A DNA stretch of 64,000 nt from Gemmatimonadota bacterium (lineage in GTDB: Bacteria > Latescibacterota > UBA2968), in NCBI GenBank assembly GCA_026705765.1, contig JAPPAB010000168.1, positions 56 to 64,055 of the forward strand. The letters are read 5' to 3'. The notes beneath the pieces were generated by a model that saw only the letters and a program-made list of their open reading frames with translations, was not told the DNA's origin and ran no database searches. Positions 19,814-27,799 of this stretch are shown here, one piece after another (the stretch's first letter is position 1; the number at the start of each line of letters is the position of its first letter). A program made the position numbers and the translations under genes.

Positions 19814-20057
19814 CGTTCAAATCCTTCGGCGTGCGATGAGAGATATTTCAAGGCTTCCATCGCAATATGCCCGGCTGGTGAGCAATCATATTAATCGTCT
19901 TTCAGAAAATCCTCGTCCTGCAGATGCAAAAAGGCTTCAGGCAAGAACAGATTACAGTTTGCGTGTGGGCGTTTATCGGATTCTATATGAAATAGATGAT
20001 CGCACACGGATTGTCACCATCTATCGGGTGAAACACCGCCGCGATGTCTATCGCTGA
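19806..20057 (+). CDS. RelE/ParE-family type II toxin
   Basis: 83-aa basic protein with 'RVGVYRILYEIDDRTRIVTIYRVKHRRDVY' RelE/StbE-fold signature. Confidence 0.8.
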   Translation: MYSVQILRRAMRDISRLPSQYARLVSNHINRLSENPRPADAKRLQARTDYSLRVGVYRILYEIDDRTRIVTIYRVKHRRDVYR

Positions 20058-20142
20058 TATTGAAAAGCGCTTGACCGAGTAGTGGGTGTGTATTATATAC
20101 GCCGATGCAATTTGAAGATGAATAATCATAAAGGAGGATGAA

Positions 20143-20790
20143 ATGAAAGTGCTGATTTTATCGGGGCCGAACCATCGGTTTGATGCAAGTGCCGAGGTTA
20201 TCCATGGATTTTTGGGCGCTCAGGACGATTTGTCTGTCGCGCTTGAAGACAATAAGGATGTGCTGACTTCAGACGCTTTGGACGATTTTGATGTGCTGGT
20301 ACACGGTACGGGATTCACGCGCACAGAGCGGGATGCTGATGGGGCGGTGAATCGCTTGCCGGATTTGACGCCCGAGCAAGAAGAGGGACTGTTTGATTTT
20401 GTGGCAGGTGGCAAGGGTCTGGTGGGTATCCACGGTACGGCCTGGTGGATTGGTGGGCGGGCTGTGGATTTAATTGGCGGACACGCAAACTGGCATCCGC
20501 CGGGATTGACGTTTACTGTGAATATTGCAGATGACGCGCATCCCATTACGCAGGGGGTCGATGATTTTGAAGTGGAAGACGAGATTTATATGTCGGCGTG
20601 GGATCCCGCTGTTCACATTTTGGCAACCGCGGATTGGAGCGATAAGCAGCATCCCATGGCCTGGGTGAAAGATTATGGCGAAGGACGGGTATTTTACACG
20701 ACTCTGGGACACGGGCCAGGTACATTTGAGCGGGCAGGGATGCAGCAACTGGTTACGCAGGGCGTGAGATGGGCTGGAGGGAACTCGTAA
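20143..20790 (+). CDS. ThuA-domain protein (class I glutamine amidotransferase-like)
   Basis: 'MKVLILSGPNHRFD…' and '…VFYTTLGHG…' ThuA hallmarks. Confidence 0.8.
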   Translation: MKVLILSGPNHRFDASAEVIHGFLGAQDDLSVALEDNKDVLTSDALDDFDVLVHGTGFTRTERDADGAVNRLPDLTPEQEEGLFDFVAGGKGLVGIHGTAWWIGGRAVDLIGGHANWHPPGLTFTVNIADDAHPITQGVDDFEVEDEIYMSAWDPAVHILATADWSDKQHPMAWVKDYGEGRVFYTTLGHGPGTFERAGMQQLVTQGVRWAGGNS

Positions 20791-21440
20791 TGCTTAGATT
20801 TGCCGAAGAACTCTTGCTTCTGACACTCGACGATGAGAATGGGAGATTTGCTCGCGTGCCAGACCGGCTGATGCGGTACGCGCTCGCCGGTGGTGTGTTG
20901 ATGGATTTGGCGCTGGAGAATCGGATTGATACGGATCTCAAAAATCTGATTCTCGTCGATTCGACTCCGCTCCAGGATAGCTTGCTCGATCCAACGCTGG
21001 CGGATATTGCCGAGGCAGACGATACTAAGGATGCGCGCTTTTGGGTGGAACGCACCGCGCTTCGCGCAGATACGATTCGAGAAGTGGCACTCAATCGGCT
21101 CGTAGAACAGGGTATTCTCAAGCGCGAGGAGGACCGGTTCATGTGGGTGTTCCAGGCGCGGCGCTATCCCATTATTGACAATACAGCTGAGCGCGAGGTC
21201 AAGCTGAGGATTATGGAGGTGTTGTTTAGCGATCAGATCCCAGGTCCGCGCGATGTCGTGATTATTGGCCTTGCACATGCGTGCGATATTTTCAAGGAGA
21301 TTCTGTCCGCACGCGAACTGGCGCGTGTTTCAGATCGCATCGATCAGGTGCGAAAGCTGGATTTGATCGGTCAGGCGATGTCGCAGGCGATTACAGATAT
21401 CGAGCTATCGCTCGCCCTCGCGGTGCAGATGATGCCATAA
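20790..21440 (+). CDS. GPP34/GOLPH3-family protein
   Basis: 'LAEELLLLTLDDENGRF…' N-terminus typical of PF05719. TAATG stop/start overlap with ThuA (the upstream in-frame ATG at 20769 is rejected). Confidence 0.65.
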   Translation: MLRFAEELLLLTLDDENGRFARVPDRLMRYALAGGVLMDLALENRIDTDLKNLILVDSTPLQDSLLDPTLADIAEADDTKDARFWVERTALRADTIREVALNRLVEQGILKREEDRFMWVFQARRYPIIDNTAEREVKLRIMEVLFSDQIPGPRDVVIIGLAHACDIFKEILSARELARVSDRIDQVRKLDLIGQAMSQAITDIELSLALAVQMMP

Positions 21441-21467
21441 GAAGTGTGAAGTGAAAAGTGTGGAAAG

Positions 21468-21536
21468 GGGTACAACTGGTCGGTGAACGGGCCTGAAAAG
21501 CGGCTCGTTGTACACCATCCTCAGACCAGTTCACTG
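21468..21536. repeat. Nested palindromic repeat element, copy A (core TGTACAACTGGTC … CAGACCAGTTCA)
   Basis: Shares a 14-nt arm plus its inverted partner with copy B at 55653-55690. Copy A carries an extra internal palindrome (GGTGAAC…GTTGTACACC). Confidence 0.4.
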
Positions 21537-21540
21537 AAAA

Positions 21541-21578
21541 GCCGCTTTGCTGAAGTCCCAGCAAGGCGGCTTTTTTTG
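21541..21578 (+). terminator. Intrinsic terminator after the GPP34 gene
   Basis: GCCGCTTTGCTGaagtcccaGCAAGGCGGCttttttt. Confidence 0.6.
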
Positions 21579-21603
21579 AGGTCCCGCTGTAGTGAGGCAG
21601 AAG

Positions 21604-21891
21604 TTACACGCCTTCGGCGATTATCACGGAGGCGGTGGCAGACCTCAGGCGGATTTCTTTGAGTCTGGCGTATTCCGGGGAATTTAGCCACGTTCTCGCC
21701 TGTTCAACGCTGTCAAATTCCACCACTACCATGCGGTCGGGTATCCAATCGCCCTCTATCGCCTCAGTGGTGCCGCCTCGCACCAGATATTTGCCGCCGT
21801 GAGCCTCAACGGTCGCTGCAATCCCTTCTTGAAACTCAGCGAAGACTGCCTGGTCCGTTATTCCGTTATTCAAAATTACATATCCAGCCAT
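21604..21891 (-). CDS. DUF1330-domain protein
   Basis: 95-aa ORF '…VVVEFDSVEQARTWLNSPEY…' matches the DUF1330 (dimeric alpha/beta barrel) pattern. Confidence 0.7.
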   Translation of the reverse strand: MAGYVILNNGITDQAVFAEFQEGIAATVEAHGGKYLVRGGTTEAIEGDWIPDRMVVVEFDSVEQARTWLNSPEYARLKEIRLRSATASVIIAEGV

Positions 21892-21982
21892 GTTGACTTC
21901 TCCTTTCGCATGTTATGTGAGCAAGATGGTAATGCCGATTTTACTATAAGCAACGATCTAAAGTTTTTGTCAACACTCTTTT

Positions 21983-23035
21983 TTATGGATTGGTGTCGCT
22001 CGTATCCTCAATAGGTCCGTCTCTGGTTTGCAATCGCATCCCGGTGTTATTGGCGCGCGTACTCCAGACTTGTCCCGAGATAGCAGCGTGCTTCCGTAAG
22101 GCTGTTAGCAACTGCGCCTTGACTGCATCATCTGAGATCTCATCGGCGTCGAAGAATCCGAAGACTGTGGATCCAGTTGACGAAAGGCCACACCCAACAA
22201 TGTCAGCCACCTCGTTAAACCCGCGTCGAACCGCCTGAAGCGGGGCGAGTTCTGGTCGCTCCCAATGTCGCCGCTTCCAGCCAGTCTCCTGCAGGGCACT
22301 CACTGATGATCCAAACGCCGTCAGGTCGAACTCCAAGATCGCGGGCAGGAGTTGCATCAAGATCACATGCGATACCGCTTGAACCTCATTCAGCGGTATC
22401 GGTGTGTTAGCGACCATGAATTCAAGTTCTCGCTGGCCCGATAGCCCACCCAAATCCCGAGGCGTGAACAGGACCACGCCCCAGTAAACTGGAAAATCGT
22501 AGCGAAGCAAAAGAGGCGGTTGACGCACATCGCGGGCAAAGCGGCTGGGCGCAAAGAAGTCTTTGTCCCGGTCAACGGAGTGGCCGCCGTCCAGTAGCAG
22601 ACCGCCCCATTGGAATGCACCAATGCCGATGCCCGACGTACCCCCTCGCGTCGATATTTCTGTCAGTTTGGACTGTGACAGGTTCAGCTCGAAGCAGTGA
22701 TTCAGTGCCGCCAGCAAGGACAGCCTCCACTGGGTACCCGAACCAAGCCCATGATGGGGAGGAATCGTCTCGCGGATAACGATCTGCAAGGCTGGATCAA
22801 CATCCAGCAACTCGCTGCTGGATATGAGTTCTCTCATCACGAACTTTCGTAGCCTGGCGTCGCCGCCACGCACGTTGGCGTGCCCGTGGGGGCAGAAGTC
22901 GAACGCGATTCCCGGTTGTTCCAGCGCAATACCGAGACCGCCGTCGATGCGACCCAGTTGACCGTTCATGTCAACGAGCGTGAAATGCAAACGCGATGGG
23001 GTGCCAATGCGATTGTGAGTGAAGGTTGAGGACAT
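21983..23035 (-). CDS. GHMP-kinase-fold protein resembling beta-ribofuranosylaminobenzene 5'-phosphate (beta-RFAP) synthase
   Basis: Degenerate GHMP glycine-rich motif 'PPHHGLGSGTQ' (S to G and S to T substitutions as in RFAP synthases rather than ATP-dependent kinases). ~350 aa. Confidence 0.5.
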   Translation of the reverse strand: MSSTFTHNRIGTPSRLHFTLVDMNGQLGRIDGGLGIALEQPGIAFDFCPHGHANVRGGDARLRKFVMRELISSSELLDVDPALQIVIRETIPPHHGLGSGTQWRLSLLAALNHCFELNLSQSKLTEISTRGGTSGIGIGAFQWGGLLLDGGHSVDRDKDFFAPSRFARDVRQPPLLLRYDFPVYWGVVLFTPRDLGGLSGQRELEFMVANTPIPLNEVQAVSHVILMQLLPAILEFDLTAFGSSVSALQETGWKRRHWERPELAPLQAVRRGFNEVADIVGCGLSSTGSTVFGFFDADEISDDAVKAQLLTALRKHAAISGQVWSTRANNTGMRLQTRDGPIEDTSDTNP

Positions 23036-23142
23036 CGGTAGCCTCTGTGGAATTGACCGGGCAACAGGTGCTGGATACGAAACTGTGGTAACGCAGAAGT
23101 TATTCGACGATGGTGGATTTGATTATGTGTGTTCTGTCAATA

Positions 23143-24903
23143 CTATTGCGAGCCATCAACCTGCACCGTAATGATGTCTATGCCGTGATATTTTCGGTGA
23201 CGCACAGAAGACGCATAATGCCGCAACAGGCGGAACGATATCTCGCTTTCCTCCGGAACCTCGACCTGTTCGCTCAGGTACGCCAGTTGGTCTTCGATGT
23301 TCACCTCTTCGAAGACAGCCAGGAACTCTATCTCTATTGTCCCGTTGTTGGGACGCGCAAAGAGGATTAACTTCGGCGCATTATCAGTCGCGTAGTTACC
23401 CCCCAGTTGTAACAGACTCGACAGTGCCTCCTCACCTGCGGCACGCAGCCGCTCCGTCGAAGCATCATTCCAGCCGATCCTGGAAGCGAGGTCGCGGAGT
23501 AATGCGTCGATCCTGGGCAGAGCGGAGATGTCCAACGCGGTCTCCAGGCGTCTGCGCCTCGGGTTGGTCATCTCTGTGAATGAGGTCATCAGAATCGCAG
23601 CCAGAATGCCGGCTGTCATGCCGTTGCCGAGTGACGCGCCCCACGTCTGGCCCAGCAGGTCCAGGAGGATGTTCTGATTCTCCAGGCCCACTCCTATTGA
23701 GAGTGCCAGGCCCACCGTCAGAGCCTTTCGATGATCGAGACCGTCCTGCAAGACTGTCCTCATACCTTCCACGAAGAGCAGACCCATTATCATCAACAGG
23801 AAAGCCCCCATGACGTGACTGGGAATTGTGAGCAGGATAGTCGCCGCCTTGGGCAAGAACGCCAGTCCGAATAAGATGCCCCCAATAATATATCCAACGC
23901 TGCGTGCTGCGACTCCAGTGAGGGTGATGAGCGACACGCAGGAAGGCGAATAGATTATAGTGGGTAGCGTTCCCGCAATTCCGGATAGCAGCGCGCCCAG
24001 TCCGTTGGTGTTGAGTGTGCCCTGGACCAGGCGGAAATCGGTCGCCTGTGGCCTGCGTCGCGAAATCTGTTGTATGACAACACTATCGCCACTGGTCTTG
24101 ATGGCGACTACGAGACTCACAATCACGAACACCGGCAGAAGTGCCCAGAACTCCGCACCCGGTCTCAGGTCGAGCCCCGCCCATACTGCGATATCCGGCA
24201 GGTCAAACCAGGGTGCTTCGATTATTCGCCGAGCATCGTACAGTCCGAAGTATGCGGCGACCGCGCAACCCGTTGCGATTCCGATAAGTGGCGACCACAG
24301 CCGCCAAATCCCCGAAGCGCGCAGTGCCAGTGCTACGGCGACGATCAATGTCACTGCAGCACTGACTATACCCGCGGCCAGAGGCACCCCTTCGGGTACT
24401 TCTTTCAGCCCGTCGAATGCGATTGTCATGACTGTGACTGCTATCAGCATGAGCGCTATGCCTGAGACGACCGGCGTGATGATGCGCCGCAGCAGCGGGA
24501 GATAGGCGGCCAGCGCGAACTGCATCAGCGACGACACGACGATGAGACTCGCCAGCATGGACAGATCGCCCTCCTTTAGCGCCAGGACAGAGACCGCTAT
24601 GAAGTGAGGTCCGGCACCTGTCATGAGCACCTGTCCAGATCCCAGCCGTCCGACCCGACCAGCCTGTAGCGCAGTAATAACGCCACCGATTATAAGCGAG
24701 GAAAAGACGGCCCACGATAGGTAGTGATCACTCTGGCTGGCCGCACGGAAGATAATGGTCACAAATAACACCGTGTTGGCCAGGGTGAGCAGGACACCCT
24801 GAAAGGCGACGCCAATCGACACTGAGGGAGGACACCGCTCGTCAGGCTCGTATTGGATGGTTTCATTTTTGTGTGCTATACTCAAAGATAGCTCCCAATT
24901 CAA
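23143..24903 (-). CDS. NCS2-family (nucleobase:cation symporter-2) permease with ~150-aa cytoplasmic C-terminal extension
   Basis: NCS2 signature region '…LITLTGVAARSVGYIIGGILFGLAFLPKAATILLTIPSHVMGAFLLMIMGLLF…'. 4-nt start/stop overlap with the upstream sulfatase. Confidence 0.75.
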   Translation of the reverse strand: MNWELSLSIAHKNETIQYEPDERCPPSVSIGVAFQGVLLTLANTVLFVTIIFRAASQSDHYLSWAVFSSLIIGGVITALQAGRVGRLGSGQVLMTGAGPHFIAVSVLALKEGDLSMLASLIVVSSLMQFALAAYLPLLRRIITPVVSGIALMLIAVTVMTIAFDGLKEVPEGVPLAAGIVSAAVTLIVAVALALRASGIWRLWSPLIGIATGCAVAAYFGLYDARRIIEAPWFDLPDIAVWAGLDLRPGAEFWALLPVFVIVSLVVAIKTSGDSVVIQQISRRRPQATDFRLVQGTLNTNGLGALLSGIAGTLPTIIYSPSCVSLITLTGVAARSVGYIIGGILFGLAFLPKAATILLTIPSHVMGAFLLMIMGLLFVEGMRTVLQDGLDHRKALTVGLALSIGVGLENQNILLDLLGQTWGASLGNGMTAGILAAILMTSFTEMTNPRRRRLETALDISALPRIDALLRDLASRIGWNDASTERLRAAGEEALSSLLQLGGNYATDNAPKLILFARPNNGTIEIEFLAVFEEVNIEDQLAYLSEQVEVPEESEISFRLLRHYASSVRHRKYHGIDIITVQVDGSQ

Positions 24904-26180
24904 ACTAATTCTGCAGGATCGTTGATGCGCGCGCCTTCGGGGGCGGAGACTGAGCCTGCCAGCAGTGGGTCGTCGGTTGTTTCCATCCAGGTTTGGAGGC
25001 GATGGCGCAGGTCGTCTATCGCGTCCTGATATTTGGGATCAGAGGCGAGGTTATTGGTTTCATGGGGATCAAAAATGAGGTCGTAGAGTTGTTCCGGGGG
25101 CTGGTTTTTCTGCCGCCAGCCCTGGGCGAGAAAGTAGGTTTTGCTGGGGCTGCCATCGCAGTTGATGTCGCCGGGGCGCAATGTGGGATACCAGTGGCGG
25201 ATGTATTTCCATTTTTTTGTGCGAATGGCGCGTTGCGGATCGTAATAGCTGTGGTAGTTGATTTCTGCGAAAATTTCATCGTGGATTTCATCTGTTTCTT
25301 CGCGGATGAGTGGTAATATGGATTTGCCTTGTAGCCAGTTTGGATGGTCTATGCCGATTACATCGCACAAGGTGGGGAAGAGGTCAGTTTGTGAGACCAT
25401 GCCATCAATGACTTTGCCGCCTGAAAAACCCGGTCCGCGCATGATGAGCATGACGCCGATGCCGTGATCGGTGAGGTTGCATTTCATCATGGGGAATGCG
25501 ATGCCGTGATCTGTGGTGCTGATGACGATGGTGTTGTCGGAAAGACCGGCACGGTCCATGGCGTCGAGGACGCGCCCGGCTTCTGTATCGAGGATGCGAA
25601 CGCAGGTTTTGTATGCGGCGGTGTCGTATCGAGTTTCGGGGGTGTCGGGAAAGGGCGCAGGGGGTATGCAATAGCGCGGGTCGTCTCCGGGGGCCGGTTC
25701 GGGAAAGCTGCGATGGGTGACGGTATATCCAACGTCGAGGAAGAAGGGCTTGTCGTGAGATCGGTTGATGTATGCAATGGCTGCGTCGGAGGTCGCTTGT
25801 TGATTTTTAGAGGTGTCAAATATTTCGTCATAACCGATTTCTGAGGGATCGGCTACTGGGGGGCGACCGACGTGCTGAAAACCCGATAGAGCGGTTGTGT
25901 AACCCGCTTTTTTGAGGGTGTGAACGAGGTGATGGCTGTAATCGTTGAGCCGAAAGCCGCGGTGGGCAAGTCCCAGCATGCCACAACTGTGGGGCCATTG
26001 TCCAGTCAGGAGTGCGGCTCGGCTCGGCGAGCAGGTTGGGTTGGCGCAAAATGCTTGGCGAAAGAGAACGCCCTGTTCGGCGAGGCGCTGAAAATTCGGG
26101 GTGGGCATGGCATGTCCAAAGGGCTGAATATATCGACCCGTGTCGTGAGAATGGATGTAGAGGATGTTTGGATGAGACAT
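24900..26180 (-). CDS. Sulfatase (canonical C-S-P-S-R formylglycine motif)
   Basis: 'ILYIHSHDTG…' and 'PTCSPSRAALLTGQWPH'. Confidence 0.85.
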   Translation of the reverse strand: MSHPNILYIHSHDTGRYIQPFGHAMPTPNFQRLAEQGVLFRQAFCANPTCSPSRAALLTGQWPHSCGMLGLAHRGFRLNDYSHHLVHTLKKAGYTTALSGFQHVGRPPVADPSEIGYDEIFDTSKNQQATSDAAIAYINRSHDKPFFLDVGYTVTHRSFPEPAPGDDPRYCIPPAPFPDTPETRYDTAAYKTCVRILDTEAGRVLDAMDRAGLSDNTIVISTTDHGIAFPMMKCNLTDHGIGVMLIMRGPGFSGGKVIDGMVSQTDLFPTLCDVIGIDHPNWLQGKSILPLIREETDEIHDEIFAEINYHSYYDPQRAIRTKKWKYIRHWYPTLRPGDINCDGSPSKTYFLAQGWRQKNQPPEQLYDLIFDPHETNNLASDPKYQDAIDDLRHRLQTWMETTDDPLLAGSVSAPEGARINDPAELV

Positions 26181-26198
26181 TGAGTTCTCCTGTGATTG

Positions 26199-27614
26199 TT
26201 ACGTATGCGATAGATACGCTCGGAGGTGTTTGAGGGCGCGGCCATTGTCTATTGCTTCTCGCGCCTGTTGAATTGCATCGTGGGGGTCGGCGTTGAAACC
26301 GAGTAGATGATCTGTGAGGGCTGCATTGAGTACAATGCGGTCGTAAACTGGACCTTTTTCGCCAGAGAGGGCTGCAAGACCGAGTTCGGCAAAGGTCTGC
26401 GCATCGACGGTATTGGGACGTGGATTTTGTGTGTAGTGAAAGCCGTAAGTGGCGGGATTGATGTCGCAAGCATAAGTTTGATCGGCGCGAAAGCCCTGTG
26501 AAAAATTGATGGCGTTGCGCGTTTTATCGGTGGGTTTTCCCAGGCGAAGGGAAAAGTGGCTGGTGCCTTCTTCTCCCTTGATTGCGACTGCGGATGTAAA
26601 TCCGGTCTCGCGTGCGATTTTCAGAAGGGGGATTTCGTATCCCGAATGGTAATAACCGATGACGATGTGATTGCTTCCAGAACAGGTGAAGATTTGCTGC
26701 GCTTTTTCTGTAGCAGACCACGGGGGGCGTTTGCCAATGTGGGCGCGAAGGTCGCGGGCTGCATAGGCCGCTGGCGCATATTCGCGCTGGCTGATGTAGG
26801 CAAAGCCAATCTCGGGATTTTCGAGTCGTTCTACTGCTTCTGAAAGCGACAGATTGGTGCGGGCATTGAGGGCGTTGAGGATCTGTTCGTCGGTTACACC
26901 CCATTTGGGCGGCATGGCATCTACACCGTGAAGCACGGTGGGGCGACCGAGAGCTGCGCGCAGTGCTGCGACAAAAAGGGTGGGTTTGAAGTAGCGGGTT
27001 GAGCCATTGTAGGGTTGACCAAAGTGTGTGAGGCTATTTACCTGTACTGTGTGGGCGCATTCGGGCGCAAAGGTCGAGTGGAGGTATCCGCGCACTTCGT
27101 CGTAGGATTCGAGGTTCATACGCTGGCCTATTAGTGCGGCACCTTTAAAGCTGGTGCGAATGCTTTCGGTGAGAATGGCTTCGCACATAAGGCGCGTTTG
27201 GTCATAGGTGAGATGACCTCCGGCGAGAATGGTTTTTAACGCGGCAATGACGGTTTGCTCGTCGGGTGATTCTGCGGGACAGTGATCTTTAAGGCCGAAG
27301 ATGTATTGCAGATCTGGTGAGAGGTGGGTTTGTAGAAGGGGGGTATATTGTTCAAAGGCGTTGATTTCCGCCTGGCTCCAGGCTGTTTTGGGCGGGTAAT
27401 TGCGCCGCAGACGCATGGCGGCAAAGAAGGATCCCATCTGGATATCTGAGACCGGATGAGGCGCTTTGTTTTGCAGGGTATTGAGGATGGCATTCAGTAC
27501 GGGTTGCGGCTGTGGATCGCCGGATTTGTTGCCCAAAGGACGAGATTGCGTGGGACCTGTACACACACGCGCCTGGGCTTCGAGGACGAGGGGATTGGGA
27601 TCAAATAGTGGCAT
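26199..27614 (-). CDS. Glycosyltransferase-family-3 / anthranilate phosphoribosyltransferase (TrpD)-fold protein with degenerate catalytic motifs and ~100-aa N-terminal extension
   Basis: C-terminal 'VLNAALTDHLLGFNADPHDAIQQAREAIDNGRALKHL' and mid-region blocks align to TrpD. The GTGGD motif is replaced by 'THFGQ' and KHGN by 'LHGVD'. Confidence 0.55.
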   Translation of the reverse strand: MPLFDPNPLVLEAQARVCTGPTQSRPLGNKSGDPQPQPVLNAILNTLQNKAPHPVSDIQMGSFFAAMRLRRNYPPKTAWSQAEINAFEQYTPLLQTHLSPDLQYIFGLKDHCPAESPDEQTVIAALKTILAGGHLTYDQTRLMCEAILTESIRTSFKGAALIGQRMNLESYDEVRGYLHSTFAPECAHTVQVNSLTHFGQPYNGSTRYFKPTLFVAALRAALGRPTVLHGVDAMPPKWGVTDEQILNALNARTNLSLSEAVERLENPEIGFAYISQREYAPAAYAARDLRAHIGKRPPWSATEKAQQIFTCSGSNHIVIGYYHSGYEIPLLKIARETGFTSAVAIKGEEGTSHFSLRLGKPTDKTRNAINFSQGFRADQTYACDINPATYGFHYTQNPRPNTVDAQTFAELGLAALSGEKGPVYDRIVLNAALTDHLLGFNADPHDAIQQAREAIDNGRALKHLRAYLSHT

Positions 27615-27799
27615 AGATGGAAGGTATTGCGGGGATGCGGTGTTGTCAAGAGATTGGAAACGCGAAGGGTAGTGCAGGGGAAAGTCACGGAGGGTGTAAA
27701 AGTGCTATACATCCCTCCAATTTGTTTGTATTATGTTTCCTATTAGTCTCACTCCGTGTTTCGTTGGAGATTATAAATCAGAAACTGAGGAATTTTCCA

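Noticed and set aside
21983-23035. Interpreting the beta-RFAP-synthase-like gene as evidence of an archaeal or methanogen origin, or of a complete methanopterin pathway
   Set aside because: All flanking genes (murQ, folD, lspA, dprA, ClpX-like and so on) are plainly bacterial. No other H4MPT-pathway genes are in the window. Only the fold and degenerate motif are supported.
23143-24903. Calling the permease a SulP sulfate transporter with a C-terminal STAS domain (which would tie it to the sulfatases)
   Set aside because: The TM core matches the NCS2 signature (…LTGVAARSVGY…LPKAATILLTIPSHVMGAF…) rather than SulP motifs. The C-terminal domain lacks the STAS phospho-Ser loop pattern.
27617-27799. 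Upstream in-frame extension of the agcS ORF starting at 27617
   Set aside because: It would begin 3 nt after the convergent TrpD-like gene ends and encodes non-hydrophobic sequence. A GAGGAA RBS precedes the ATG at 27800, which begins the conserved transporter N-terminus.
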